From the human T2T-CHM13v2.0 reference genome, Homo sapiens, in the NCBI RefSeq assembly GCF_009914755.1, contig NC_060930.1: a stretch of DNA of 64,000 nucleotides; one strand, given 5' to 3'. The translations under genes were made by a program, and so were the position numbers. Of this stretch, positions 25,911 through 41,178 are shown one piece after another. The number at the start of each line of letters is the position of its first letter. Position 1 is the stretch's first letter. The notes under the pieces were generated by a model, which was not told the origin of the DNA, searched no databases, and saw only the letters and a list, made by a program, of their open reading frames with translations.

Positions 25911-28134
25911 GATGCACTTTACTTCTCTGATGGTTCACTGTCATAGTGCTAAGGAATGTCAGAAATTTAATGTCTTTAGATTATTATTTAACATGCTACA
26001 TTAAGACAAATTAAAATGTAATATACAAAGAGGAAATCAAAGGTCATTTTGCAGATTATCTTTGGTTTCACTGAATTTCCCATATTGGATAAATCTCCTT
26101 TAATGCATTTAGTTCCATTCCTACATTAAAGATGAAAAAGATTTTGAGTTAAATATGACCTTTGAAACTGTGCTAACCCTGGCTATTTTGTATTTATACT
26201 AGAAAAACCAACCTAAGAAGATATGTTTAGGAAGTTGAGATAATTGTATTCTTTTTCATCTCAGCTCTGCCTAATATGATCAAATTTATCTTTTCAAGAC
26301 CCATTTATTTTATGTAATCTAAATTAGTTCTTCCAAAGTACTAAGTTACTAATTTGAAATAGATGAACAGGATTTTGATTGAAGGCTTAGAAAAATTTAC
26401 ATATCATACATTCTTTATTCCTATAGCTCAAACAGTCTTACTCATTTTATGTATCAATATCATAATATAGTTAGAAAGAGAAATAGTCTCACAAAATCTA
26501 GCACTGGCATCAAAACAAAACATTTTTTAAAAGTCAATTTTCAGTAAATACTTATATACCATCCTAATAGTTGGAGGCTTCTTGAACTAGTCAGACTACT
26601 GTCAAAACCTTTAAATTAGCAAAGGATTCTCACCAGCTTTTCCTGTGTTCACTAAAGTCAAGACTCTAACATATCTGATGATCAAATGATCAGGACTATC
26701 CTCTGATAAATAGAAAATGTGATAGAAGCTTTTACAAAACATAGTGTATTTTATATGAGAACTGTTGCTAAAATCACAAAGTTACTTTAACTACCCCAGT
26801 GGTGGTGAGTTTCCGCTGGGTGTGAAAATTAACTACGTTTTTAAAGTGATGAAACTTCTGAGTTTATGATGACTTCTCTTTCAAAAGTATATCCTCCAAA
26901 TTCTGAGGCTTATGTAGCCTTACTTCCTCAGTCTTTTAATCATCTTTCTGTCCCACAATTCTCTTATTTACTCTTTTTCTACTGTAGAAACAGCAGGTCC
27001 ATATTTCTGACTGTGCAGGAATTGGAGGCCCACACCAAGCAGTGTGACATACTTGAATGACAAAATAATGGAGTGATCCCAGGGACTCAGGAGTCATGGC
27101 AGAGGAATTTATTGCTTAGCAACCCAGACAAATGTCAAGAGTCTTACCAAATGCAGATGGTGAGTAGGACTGTTGAAAATCAAAATTGCTTTGCTATAAT
27201 TCTTTTAAATTGGTTTCAACAAAAATATTAATTAATTCACCCATTTATTTGTTTGATTGATTGACATAACAGCTTTCTGGCCAATCACTAAGTGGCAATT
27301 ACAGTCAGCTGGTCACACTAAAGGGACATAGAAATATAAAACTCAGGAGAAATATAAAACTTCTACTGGAGAATAATCATCTGCTATTCTGAATTGACAT
27401 TCAGATGCATTTCTATCATCATTTTTTTTCTCAGAGAGGAAAGTGACACATGATGGCATAGTTTTGAAAGTAAAATAAAAATAATGATATAAAACTAAAA
27501 AAACTAGATTAATGAACTGCATATATCTAGTCCAGGCACCATATTTAAAATTTTGGCTTTGGGGCCTTTATTTGAAGGAAATGTGAGTAACTGATCATGT
27601 TCTCATTAGCACTAGGTAGAGTTTCACGAGCACTTGAATTAATTTCAAATATGCTGTAAGGAGCCAAATAGAAACTATACAGTATGTATTTAAATTGGAA
27701 GAAGTACTCAGCTTATGTCATAATAAAAATCACTCCTGCTACCATAAGGAGTTACTACCATGATGACATATTTATCAGTTTCTACACAGTAAGTACCTAC
27801 CATAAAAACTAAAAAGAAGAGTTTATTGTTGGTGTTTTTAATATAATACCTGAAAATGAAATAATATGAAGGTGATATCCCTTTTCTAATCATAAATACG
27901 GGTATGTTGTTCCTAGCTAGCACGATACCAACATTCAAAAAATATTAGAAAACTTTTTGAGTAGTCATTCATATGGTCCAGACTAGCAATAAAGGGAGAC
28001 ATTTTATCCCATAAACTAGCTTGATCCCAACTAACCAGACCATTCAATTTACCAACATGATTTTAAAATAAAAATTATACACAGTATATTTAGAGAAAGA
28101 AACAAATGAAAATAAAATAAGACCAGGTTTTTAG

Positions 28135-29630
28135 AATTTTTTCTTCTTTTTAATTCCGTTGTCTAATTTAATCAAATTTTTAATTTCTTCTTGAGTCAGT
28201 TTCAGTAATTTGGATGTCTTTCTAGGAATGTATTCATTTCATCTAGTTTATCTACTTGGCTGATATACAATTGTTCCAGTATTCCTTAATCTTTCTTACT
28301 TCAATGAGGTCATTGTAACATTTCTTCTCTCATTCTTGACTTCGCTTTTTTTCTCTCTCTCTTTTTCTGCCTCCCTCTGTCTCTCGCTTTTTCTTGGTCA
28401 TTCTACCTAAAGGTTTGTCAATTTTATTGATCTCTTTAAATAACTGGATTTTGATTTTGTTGGCTTTCTATATTGTTCTATTATTTATTTCCTGTATTCC
28501 TACTGTAGTCTTCAATTTTTAATATTTGCTTTGTTTCAGGGTTAATTTTCTCTTATTTTTAGTGTTTGAAGGTGGAAATTTAAGTTGTTGAATTGACATC
28601 TTTATTTTCATTGGACTACTCATAGCTACAAATTTCCTTAGCACTTTTTTCTGCTTTCCATAAGCCTTAGTATGTTGTGTTTTTATTTACAGCAAAGTGT
28701 TTTAAAATTTCCCTGTGATTTCTTCTTTGCTGTACTGATTATTTAGGAGTGTGTCATTTAATTTCCACATATATGTGAATTTCTCATACTTCCTTCATCA
28801 TTGAGTTCTAATTTTATTCCACTGTGGTCAGAGAACATACTTTGTGTTATTTTCATCCTTTGACATTTACTTAGACTTGTCTTACAGACTAAATATGGTC
28901 TATCATGGACAGCATTTTATGGACTTGAAAAGAATGTGTATTCTTCTGTTGGATGGAACCTTCTATTAGATAACTATTAAATGTAGTTAGTTTACAGTGT
29001 TGTTCAAGTCTCCTATTTCTGTCTAGTTACTTTATATAATATCAAAAGTGAGGTATTGAAGTCTCCAACTATTATTGTTGAATTGTTCATTTCCCCTTTA
29101 GCTCTGTCAGTTTTGCTTCCTATATTTTGGACTTTGATACTAGGTGCAAGACATAATTATTATATCTTCTCAATGCCATCTCAGGCAGTCAAAATATGTA
29201 ACAGTTTTCTCTGATTGTTTTTGACAGATGCTCTGTGGAAGAGACCTGCTTCAAGTCAGGTCAAGTAAAAACAACCTTGCCAGCAAGATCCATCAGTGAG
29301 GTAACATAGTGATAATTAGGAATGGGTATCTGGAGGAACTCTAACTCCATTGTACCCTGCTAACAGCTGCCAAATTGCTGTTTCCACTGTGATTGTGGGC
29401 TGTTTGCTTTTAAGACTCCCATAGAACTGGGCAATAGGGTATGGAAATAAGAAAAGTTAAACTGCTATAAAGCTTACTCTTCTTACTTAGATTCAGCTGT
29501 TTTTACAGATTTTGGCAAGGCTTTGGTTAACTTCCAGAGTTCTAAAAAAGATTCTGAAAATTTTTGCCACTCTTATCACTTTTATGTGGGAAGAATATTT
29601 GGAGGTCCTTTCCATTTTTACTGACATAAT
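28135..29630 (-). mobile_element. Old L1M (ORF2 endonuclease region joined to a 5' region)
   Basis: ccactgtggtcagagaacatacttt and gtattgaagtctccaactattattg. Abrupt switch to 5' UTR-like sequence at ~29175. Confidence 0.7.
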
Positions 29631-29744
29631 CTTTTTATTGAGTTTAGTATATTTTGCAATGTTTTAATGCATGGCCTCAAATTACACAAACTTCAGCCCA
29701 CTTTATTGCTGGATCTATTCTGATCTATAGCTGAACACTAAGAA

Positions 29745-29990
29745 CAATAATGATTTTTCACAACAGCTAATATTATTGAGTTTTTTGTATGTAACATGCA
29801 TACGGGTAAATTGTCTATATGCAATGGTTCTTTTAAAACAGCAGTCTAATAGGTTAAAGTATTCCTCAGTCTCTCTTTTTACAAATATAGAAACAAATAC
29901 CTAGGTAGCTTCTCCATCACCACAGAGTTAATGGTAGCCAGGAACTAAACCCAAGAAAGCCTTTACTCTCATGTGCATATTCTTATGCAT
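29745..29990 (-). mobile_element. MIR
   Basis: acagctaatattattgag...ttttacaaatatagaaaca...ggtagccaggaactaaaccca. Confidence 0.6.
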
Positions 29991-30402
29991 GCACTCTAAA
30001 AACTAAAATTTGAAGCTGCATAATAATGTCAATAAAGATTTGGCTTCTCTATATAGGATGCTTCATCAAAGAGTCACATAAAGGTGGAGGAAATATTTAC
30101 TTTTAATTTAGAAGTTGGTTTGGATAGCTACTCTCAGAAATATCTATTTTGAAAGATTTCTAGGAATACCTTTAAGAAAACAATGTCTCGGCAGGACAGT
30201 TAGAACAATGGGTTAGGGCATTCCTGGTTACTAAGACAGTGTGTAACATCACTTTGTCTATGAATGCAACAGTATTTGGAAGTAGCTACAAAAGAAGGAA
30301 AATATAACCCCCATTTTGTAGGTTGCTAATTGTTTGCTTTTAGATTTTTAATTTGATTCTTTACTGTTGTTAAATGTTTTGGCTTTAAAATTAGGGTGAG
30401 CC

Positions 30403-30754
30403 CATATACACCATGGAATACTATGCAGCCACAAAAAGGATGAGTTCATGTCCTTTGCAGGGACATAGATGAAGCTGGAAAACATCATTCTCAGCAAACT
30501 AACACAGGAACAGAAAACCAAACACCACATGTTCTCACTCATAAGTGGGAGTTGAACAATGAGAGCACATGGACACAGGGAGGGAAACATCATACACTGG
30601 GGCCTATCGTGGGGTGGATAGCATTAGGAGAAATACCTAATGTAGATGACAAGTTGATGGGTGCAGGAACCCACCATGGCACGTGCATACCTATGTAACA
30701 AACCTACACGTTCTACACATGTATCCCAGAACTTAAAGTATAATAGTAATAAAA
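30403..30754 (+). mobile_element. L1PA7/8-like 3' fragment
   Basis: 16-bp TSD aaaattag(g/a)gtgagcc at 30387-30402 and 30755-30770. Confidence 0.92.
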
Positions 30755-31199
30755 AAAATTAGAGTGAGCCTTATTTCTTATTTTCCACTTTCCTATTATT
30801 TTATGTACTTGAAACCTCCTATTCCCCTTCTGTTGCCATTTTGAACATCCATTTAAATTATGAAATATTTATAAATTATGAAATATTGATATACTTTTGG
30901 TCTAAATTAAAGATGTCAGAAGACTTTCATCATTAATTCTACAAAATTCTGATGTGAATTTCATCTCAACTTAGCCCTTAGAGTCTCAGTTAAATAAATA
31001 TTAACTGATATTATTTCAATTTGACTTCATAAGTAATTTTAATCATTTCATGTAAGTATCTTCAGAATTCTATTTTGATTTTTTAATGACTTTCCATATG
31101 ATTCCTTTGAGTAGAAAGCTCTTTTAACTATTGCTTATCCAAATTACCCAACCTTTAAATTTCAGTATAAAAGTTGATTCTCCTATGATACATTCCTGA

Positions 31200-31400
31200 C
31201 TTTCCACCTTCTGTACATCACTGGACTTTGTTTGCCCCTTTGTAACTGCATTTATCACACTGGTTTATAATTGTTTATTTACCTGTCATATGTCAAACCA
31301 GACAAAAATTTCTTTGAGAGAAAGGGCTGAGCTCCATTCAACACATATATACAGGATCTGATGAATATGAAAAGCATCATAAATATTTTAGAATTAATAA
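31200..31400 (+). mobile_element. L2 3' fragment
   Basis: gcatttatcacactggtttataattgtttatttacctgtc. Confidence 0.55.
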
Positions 31401-31710
31401 AAGTAAAATTAATTTAAAAACTCATTAATTTGAAATAACAGGGTTGTTGGCTAGTCTGACTCTGTGAAAATTCTGAATTATATAAGATTTTATAAAACAG
31501 CAACTATATTTAAGGAAATAGTTTCTGTTACTTTCAAACATGGAATATATCATAAGATAAAAGGCTAATTCACCAGTGATATCTGGTCAAATTAATTTCC
31601 AATAAGTTACAGTTCATATACTTTAAAAACTACCAGGTCATTAATGCAATAGTTTTTTTTTATATACAAAAAAAAGGTCATTGATTCCTAATGGTAGATA
31701 CACAAAATAG

Positions 31711-32678
<968 letters not shown>

Positions 32679-32689
32679 TTGTTTTAAAA

Positions 32690-33150
32690 GTTTGCAAAAA
32701 ATATGGCAAAGGATTTATATACTTAATATAGAAAGAATTTTTATAAACAAAAATAAGTGTAATGGCAAATATAAGCTAATGATAAAAATAGGCAATTCAT
32801 ATAAAATATATACATAAAAATTTTAACCAACTAGTAATTACAGATAGGCAAATTTTTAAAAATAAGACTTTTTGCCAATCAAATTGACAAAGTGTACTTT
32901 GTTTTCTAAATAATACTCCACACTGGGGAATGTGGTGTGAGAAGAGAGTCCTTATCATTGCTAGTGGGAGTATCAATTATTACATTTCTGGAAAACAAAC
33001 AAACAAAAAAAAGAAGCTATTCATTTTAATTGCATTCTAAAGCCATAATAGTAAGGAAGCAATTATTAAATATTTTTATTCAAGATATGTTATTAATTTT
33101 TGCAAAAAAGAACAGAAATATCTCAACAGAAATTTTTCATATAAAAGGAA
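32690..33150 (+). mobile_element. L1ME-like fragment
   Basis: ttgccaatcaaattgacaaag and cattgctagtgggagtat...tttctggaaaac. Confidence 0.55.
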
Positions 33151-33737
33151 TTTTATTACAGTTACTTTCCATTATTCCATATGGCCTCATGTACTCTGTA
33201 TGCTGTGTATTTATAAAATGAGAGAAAAGCAAAAGGTTAGTTGTAAACACATTTGACTCCATAAATGATTTTTTACATTTTTTTGGTGTCAGCTGCAATT
33301 GTGTTTGAAGTGTCTATTTTAAAATCAGTTCCAGTATGGGATTAAAGAAAAAAAACAAAGTAATGTGTGAAATAATTTATTTCTATTACTAATTTGAGGC
33401 TTGTCAGGTCACTGGCAAAGTTGCCCAAGCATTTGAAGAGCTTTAACCTAACAAGTAAAATTACATTGTTCTGAAATAAACTGTCATCTGATATGATGTT
33501 AACTTGCACCTTTGGGGTGTCTGGATATTGCTATTCAGGTCACTGAGAGAAGAGGAAACATACACAAAGCTGCATGAAAAAGATAATTCACCTTATGTAA
33601 GTGAATATTTTATAGATTTTGTAGATAAAATAGATTTTTCATCTTTTCACTAAATAATAGTTACTATATCTTCCTTACATATTTTTTCAGTAGCGTGGTT
33701 CTCAGCCCATGAAAAAATACATGGTATTATCTCATTC

Positions 33738-33804
33738 TATTTATAGAATATAAATATATTCTATAAATATATTTTGAACATATTTATAGTATATGTTCAA
33801 AATA
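33738..33804. repeat. Two abutting perfect AT-rich inverted repeats (15-bp and 14-bp arms)
   Basis: tatttatagaatata-aa-tatattctataaata, then tattttgaacatat-ttatagt-atatgttcaaaata. Confidence 0.95.
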
Positions 33805-34938
33805 ACCCATCAGAATACCTCTGGGCATATGTAAAAAGGAAAAACTCAAAATCACTTATGAAAAGGGAGAAAAAGCTTAGATATTTTTTCTTTCTTGGGA
33901 ATAGTGGAAGCTTAATTAATATATTTTTGAAATTATGTAACATCATATACCATCCAATCTGGTTTTCTTAGTACCTAGTGTGCTAAGGGAATTTAGGATA
34001 TTTTTGTACTATGTATTTGTCTTCTGTCCATATTTATTACATTCTTATAGCATTTATATTTTAACTTAAAATTATAGTTTTTATATTTTTACACATGCAC
34101 ATAAGCTGTTGCAATAGGCATATTTTAATGAGTGCAATGAATAAATAAAATGTGATTTTTACTTCTGCTGCCTCTACTGATCTTATTTTCTGCAATCACA
34201 ACTGTTTTTTATTACTAATATTAATAATAATAATTGCTTTTTCCTTCCCTCCAAAAATGCAATAATAATGTGAGTGCTGTATCACATTTTTAAAAATCCA
34301 GAAACATAGTTGAAATAAGTAAGCAGTTTACATATAATTTTGATGAACATTTCCTCAAAGTCTAAAAGCTCTTTGGAAATAATGATGAGCTATGTGTCAT
34401 TTAGAAACAGTCATTGTCAATTTTTCTATATCCTCCAGAATCTTTGAATATAAACTGAATCCTTTTCTTGTTCTTTGTTATGAAGGCATAGATTTTATCT
34501 ACACACAAAAGGAATAGGGCAATAGCACACTATATTTGTAACTTATTGCACATTATTAAACTCTGCTCAAATCCCGCCTTTTTCATATGATCTTTCCATT
34601 TAACATGTCATTATTAATTTATATAACTTTCGTAATAGTTTAACCTGTATATGCCTCTCTCTCTCTCTCTGTATATATACACACATGTATATAATATATT
34701 TATAATTTCTGTAGTTTTCATTAGAACTTAGGACTAAGGGCATGAGGAGTCTTTCACATTTCTAATATTGATGTCATTCTTAACATAGCCCCTATGAATT
34801 TGTCTTATTAATGTATTTATGAATTCTTAATATAGAAAAATAGCTTCTTTCCAGATTCCTTTCCAACATTTTTAAGACTTCATTTATTTGCTTTTGTTCA
34901 TCTTTGCCTCACCTAGCAGGCAGAGACAATACCTAATG

Positions 34939-35300
34939 CAGAAGGTCCCTAATTTATGATGGTTTAACTTACTACTTTTAGACTTTACAATGGTGCAGAA
35001 ACAACACATATTTAATAGAAACCGTACCTCAACTACCCATATGACCCTTTTGTTTTTCACTTTCAGTACAGTATTTAATAAATTTTGTGAGTTACTCAAC
35101 ACTTGATTATAAAATAGGCTTTGTGTTAGATGATTTTGCCCAATTGTAGACTAATGTATGTGTTCTAAACATGTTTAAGGTAGGCTAGGCTAAACAATGA
35201 CGTTTGGTAGATTAGGTGTGTTAAACAGATTTTCAACTTATGAAATTTTTAATTTACAATGGGTTTATCTGAATGTAACTCCCATTATAAGTTGAGGAGG
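34939..35300 (-). mobile_element. MER47A (Tigger5-derived MITE)
   Basis: tataaaataggctttgtgttagatgattttgcccaa...aaggtaggctaggctaa. A second terminal fragment lies at ~35804-35845. Confidence 0.85.
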
Positions 35301-36236
35301 TACAATTATGAAATGCTAACCCTACCTGGGGGCTGCTTAACATGAGCTCTCTGCATGGAGATATTTATCTACTCAGTAGGGGAGTTTCCATAAGCAGAGC
35401 AGCTTCACTTCTGTAAATGAGGAATTCTGCCATTTGGGTGGACGGGAGCAATGAGCAGTGAAAAAATGAAAATGGTTGGTGGCAAACATTGGATGCCACT
35501 GGTAAAGAAGCCCTGAGATAAATACTTAATTTCCTTCCGCTGGACAACAGCTAGACAATGGCCTGTAAAGAAGGGAGAAATTGTGACAACTGATTCTCTC
35601 CAGTGTCAGTCAAAATTTTGCAGTCACTCTCAAAACCATGAGTGTGCAAAATAATATTTATCAGCTTCATATTCTAAACCATATAAAATAAATTAACTCT
35701 CTCCTCCCTTATAATGTAAATGCTTCTGCAATGTAAACAGCAGTTTACATATCATATGAATAAAAAATAATCTTAGTAAAGCTCCACAGCACAATATTTA
35801 ATACAGATGGTTCCCAAGTTACAATGATTTAACACAATTTTTAGACCCCATCCTAATTTTTTAATGTTAGCTGTTCTCTTCTCTTAATTTCCAGTTTTTA
35901 AAATGTTAATTATTCATCAACATTTGTGAATCCTATAATCTAATATGTGTATAGAAAGAAACACAAAATTGGAGAGAATTGATTTATGGCAAAGACCAGA
36001 GAAGGTCTCAGAGGCCAGCCATAGGTACAGCAAATAGCAGCTTTGAGGCTTCACATTGCAAAAGTTTGTTGCAAGTCAATACATAAAGTGTCTACGCACA
36101 GACACACAGAACATTGGCATTCAAACATCTACTCCTAGACAAGATGAGATCTGAGGTGTATTTTCTGAACTATTTAAACTGAAGATGGTCCTAGTAAAAA
36201 TGTGGCCTTGGGCTGATTATAGGAATTAATTGATGG

Positions 36237-36660
36237 TGTCAAAAGACAAAACTAAAATAAATTTAGTTTAAAAATCGAATTGTCTTTTATTAGCAATTCT
36301 AAAATCAGTCAACTTCTCATTCTATGAAATAGAATGGGTTTTCCACTGGACATTATAGAATGGTTGGTTTTTTTAAGGAAACCTCAATTTTTTAAAGTGG
36401 GGTTGGTTAACAGGTCACTGTTGGTCACTTTCTTTGTAAGGGTTAAAATGGAGCTGGTTTTCTTATTATGCTGACTTAAGTAGAATAAGTTCTTTCTGAT
36501 TGTTTGGTGTCAACGTCCTGCTTTCAGGAAAAACTGAAAGGTCTGTTTTGGGACCTCCTTCCACTTAGCATTAGTGACTCCACTTTGGTTTGGTCTGGTC
36601 TGCTGGGACCAAGTGCAGGAGGCTAGTCCAAAACAATGACTTCCCATAAACTGTCTTTCA
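36237..36660 (-). mobile_element. MER31-like ERV1 solo LTR
   Basis: tgtcaaaagacaaaa...ttagcattagtgactccactttggtttggtctggtctg...gtccaaaacaatgacttcccataaa. Confidence 0.75.
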
Positions 36661-37073
36661 TAATAGCCAATAAGATGGTCAAATGCTCAGACTTCCTTGG
36701 CCATCTCACAAGTGGAATTCTAGTAGCCAGTCATTAGCACTTAGCCAGAGCTCAAACATATCTCTGTTGGAGAAATTCAATAGGAACAGGGAAAAGATCT
36801 CCATACATCTGCTTCTGCCTACCCAAATGGAAACTTACTTGTCACAAGCATCATTTGGGTACCTGATCTCTTTTTTAGTGTCTCACATCTAAATTTAAGA
36901 AAGACAAAGAATTACCTCTATTTGAAGAGAGCTTTTAACTCAAGAAATAGCCTAAATTAATAAAAGAACCAATGAAAGTAATGGAGGGCAACAAAAGAAA
37001 ACTCTTGTTAGTATCTTCAGAGGGGGATGATGAGGAAGACATTCCATCCACAAAATAAGAACAAGTTGCTATG

Positions 37074-37200
37074 TGTATTAGCCTTCTATTGCTGTGTAAT
37101 AAATTACCTCAAACTTGTGGCTTAGTACAACATACATTTGTTATCCCACAATATTTCTGCTCGGGTCTCACAGCACTGCAGTCAGGTGTGGTCTTCTGAG
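37074..37200 (-). mobile_element. MLT1 (MaLR) LTR fragment
   Basis: tgtattag...tattgctgtgtaataaattacc...gtggcttagtacaaca. Confidence 0.65.
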
Positions 37201-37365
37201 TAATAGGAATGAAATAAAAATAGTTCTTTCTGATTATCAGCCTTCTGTTATTATTTGATTTATTATAATAATGTGCTTGTGGTTTTAAATTTTAAACTTG
37301 TTAACCATATAGAAGCATCTCCTACTATAGCTGTTTTGGGGACATAATTGAATATAATTCAGATA

Positions 37366-39490
37366 TAGGCATACATTGGTGATACTGTATGTTCAGCTCC
37401 AGACCACCACAATAAGGCAAGTATTGAAACAAAGCAACTCACACATTTTTTAGCTTCCTAGTGCATATAAAAGTTATGTTTACACTACACTGTAGTCTAT
37501 TAAGTATGCAATAACATTATATCTAAAAAGCAATGCATTTACCTTAATTAAAAATTATCTTATTACTAAAAAATGCTAATAATCATCTGAGCCTTCAGAG
37601 AGTTGTAATCTTTTTGCTGGTGAAGGGTCTTGTCTTGATGTTGATGGCTGCTGACTGATCAGAATGGTCGTTGCTGAAGGCTGTAGTGGCTGCGGAAATT
37701 TTTAAAAAGAAGACAAGATGAAGTTTTCAGTATCAACTGTCTCTTCCTTTAATAAAAGATTTATCTATAGAATGTGATGTTCTTTGATAGCATTTTACCC
37801 ACAGCAGAACTTCTTTCAAAAATCAAGTCAATCCTGTCACTGCTTTATCAACTAAGTTTATGTAATATTCTGCATCTTTTGTTGTAATTTCTAAAATGTT
37901 CACAGCATATTTACCAGAAGTAGATTCCATCTCAACAAACAACTTTCTTTGCCCATTTATTAAAAAAGATCCTCACAAAAATCCTCATGCATTTACGTTT
38001 ATCATGAAAAAGTTTGCAGCAATTCAGTCACATCTTCAGTCTCTACTTCTAATTCTAGTTATCTTGCTATTTCCACCATATCTGCAGTGACTTCTTCCCC
38101 CTTGAACCCCGAAATTCATCCATGAGGGTTGGAATCAACTTCTTCCAAACTCCTGTTACTGTTCACATTTTGACCTTCTCCAATGAATTAAAAATGTATT
38201 TAATAGCATCTAGAATGGTGAATTCTTTCTAGGAGATTTTCAATTGACTTCGCCCACATCCATCAGAGGAATCACTATCTGTGGCAGCTATAGTCTTACA
38301 TAATGTATTTTGTATGTAATAAAACTAGAATATCAAAATTGCCCCTTGACCCATGAGCTACAGAATGGATGTTGTGTTAAAAGGCATAGAAAAAAAACAT
38401 TAATTTCCTTGTACATTTCTACCACAGCTCTTGGGTGACCAGGTACATTGTCAATGAAAAGTAATATTTTGAAAGAAATCTTTTCTTCTGAGCAGCAGGT
38501 CTCAACAGTGGGCTTAAAATATCCAGTAACTCATGCTGTAAACAAATGCACTGTCATCCAGGTTGTTGTTCCATTGTTAGAGGAACACAGGCAGAAGAAA
38601 TGTAGCATAATTCTTAAGGGTCCTAGAATTTTCAGGATGGTAAATTAAAACTGTCTTCAGTTAAAATCACCAATGGCATTAGTCCCTAACAATAGAGTAA
38701 ACCTGTCCTCGAAAACTTTGAAGCCAGGCATTGACTTCTCTCTAGCTAGATGGCATCTTCTTTCAATAGAAGGTTTTTTCAAAAAAATCTACCGTGAATA
38801 TCTGTTGTTTAATGTAGTCATCTTCATCCATTATCTTAGCTAGATCTTCAGATAACTTGCTGCAGTTTCTCCATGTGCACTTGCTGCTTCACCTTGCTAT
38901 TTTATCTTATAAAGACAGCTTCTTTTCTTAAACTTCATGAACCAACCCCTGCTAGCTCCAAACTTTTTCTGCAACTTCCTCACCTCTCTCAGCCTTCATA
39001 GAATTGAAAATAGCTAGGACCTGGCTCTGGATTATACTCTGGCTTAAGGGAATATTGTGGCTGGTTTGATTTTCTATTCAGATCCCACAAACTTTATCCA
39101 TATTAGCAATAAGGCTGTTTCACTCTCTTATCATTCTTGTGTTCATTCAAGTAGCATTTTTAATTTCCTTCAAGAACTTTTGCTTTGCATTCACAACTTC
39201 GCTGTCTTGTACAAGAGGCCTAGCTTTCAGCCTGTCTCACCTTTCAACATGCCCACTTCACTAAGTGTAATCATTTTTACCTTTTAATTTAAAGTGAGAG
39301 GCATGCGACTCTCTCTTTCACTTGAACACTTAGAGGCCAATGTAGGGTTAATAATTAGCTTAACTCTAATGTTGCTGTGTCTCAGGAAATAGGAACATTC
39401 AGGCATGACCAGTTAGTTGGTGGAGCAGCAGTCAGAACACACACAACATTTACCAATGAAGTTCATAATCTTATATGGACACAGTTTGTG
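37366..39490 (-). mobile_element. Tigger1 DNA transposon, nearly full length, one end missing, transposase degraded
   Basis: Starts ta|taggcatac...ccagaccaccacaataa, then cctagtgcatataaaagttatgtttacact. About 2.1 kb of continuous Tigger1-like sequence. Confidence 0.9.
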
Positions 39491-40290
39491 TATTACATGC
39501 CTCTTAAAGAAGATACAAACACTAAAGGGACCCACACATGACAATCAAGAAAAGAGGAGGCAAACACCAGCAGACTGGTCATTCCTTCACTCTTTCCATG
39601 CTCTACTTCAGAAGCCTCCCACGTCCCTCAGGGTATTTCAGAAGACCTGTTCTGGGAGTTACTGTTACTGCCTTTAGAGAGCTGCCAGACTTGAGGTATC
39701 CCTTAGGATCATTTTATCTTCTCAAAAAAGCCAATCCAGGAGTTAAAGAGGAGGTGAAATGGGAAGTAGTCTCTAGTAATGGAAATAAAAGATGAGGACT
39801 TCAGCAGAAAGGAAAAGTAGTTCACCCCTTCTCCAGCAAAATCATGAGGGTTTGGGATGGTCATAAAAGCATCCTAGCATCATGCAGGCAGCCAAACTGC
39901 GAGCACTTAGTGATTCCAAAATGGATCCCAGAAGGACAATTCCATTTATCACATAAGAACTTAGGGAGGCAGAACATTTAGAAAATCTGTCCAGGAAGCT
40001 CTCCCACACCTTCAGGCTCTGTAAACTAGTTTCTAGATACAAAATACATATATATCCAAAATTTGGCAAAATGGGAAGAGTGGGCTTGCCAATTTCATAA
40101 AGAAGAAATGAATTAATGTTGTTTTAATTAAATCTATTTAATATAACTCTGGCAATAATTCCTGTCCAGTATCTCAGCTATTTCCAAGAGTGCTGAGAAA
40201 AGTGAAATATGCCAACACAGCCATATTCTACGAGCTGATTACTTGAAAAATAGTTGCATATAACAAATACAAATTGCAGTAATACAAACG

Positions 40291-40323
<33 letters not shown>

Positions 40324-40335
40324 CACACACACACA
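40291..40335. repeat. Compound (CT)n(AT)n(AC)n microsatellite
   Basis: Direct reading. Confidence 0.9.
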
Positions 40336-40719
40336 AAGAAAAAAGCTTTAACTTCCTTTTTGACAGCCATTTACTGTGTAGCTAAGAAGTTTCAGGCCTA
40401 CACCTGATACCAAGCATAATGTCTGACCTTAAGAAGTTAGCTAGTGAAGAAGACAGAATCATAAATTAAACACTGCATTCAGATGAGGCACAAAGGTGGG
40501 CGGCACTTGGCTAGGGCAGCTGAAGAGAACTTCTCTTTTATGGTAAGAACATGAGAGTCATCCTTGTGGAAGTGGCCTTGAGATGAAGGTGAAATGAAAG
40601 TTAGCTTGATTCCAAAATCAGGTGAAAGACAGCAGAGTGGATAACTGTCAGGATGCTGTTTAGTGAGCACAACAAAAGTCAGCTGGCATAGAGCACAGAA
40701 CTAGCGTAGCTTAAAAGAA

Positions 40720-41178
40720 CAGAATTTTGTTTTGCTTTGTTTTCTTCTTACATAATAAACTCTCCTTAGGTAGAAAGCTTGACGCTAACACAGCTGTAAA
40801 AGGAGTTGATGGAGGACACAGTCTCCTTTTAGCTTCCTGCTCCACCAATCTTAGCATGCAGTTTGCTCTCTTGGCTGTTAAACCTCCAAGCATCATTACC
40901 CATTTCAGACAGAAAGAAGCAGGGAAAGGTGAAGAAGAGAAAAGAAACATGGCCCTCCATCTTTCTGTTTTTACTAGAAGAATAATAGTTTTTCCAGATG
41001 TCTTACCCAGTAGATTGTGGGTATTTTATCATGGGCCAAAGCTTGATTTCATGGCCATCTTTAAAGGCAAGGAAATCCAGGGACATGAGTATTTCTAACT
41101 TGGCACATTGCCTCCCCCACCAAAATGGGGTTTTCCCAGTGAGAAGGAGAAAGCAGATACTGTATTGGAAACTACCAC
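40720..41178 (-). mobile_element. MLT1J/K-like MaLR LTR
   Basis: cctccaagcatcatt...catggccatctttaaaggcaaggaa...ggcacattgcc. Confidence 0.6.

Noticed and set aside
33795-33810. 12-mer aaaataacccat shared with the 25.1-kb hairpin arm
   Set aside because: Short and AT-rich, so compatible with chance.
37366-39490. Possible domesticated Tigger transposase (TIGD-like)
   Set aside because: The ORF track shows no long ORF on the transposase strand, so the element is decayed.
40727-41098. 123-aa ORF
   Set aside because: It lies in an MLT1 LTR and shows no protein-family signal.
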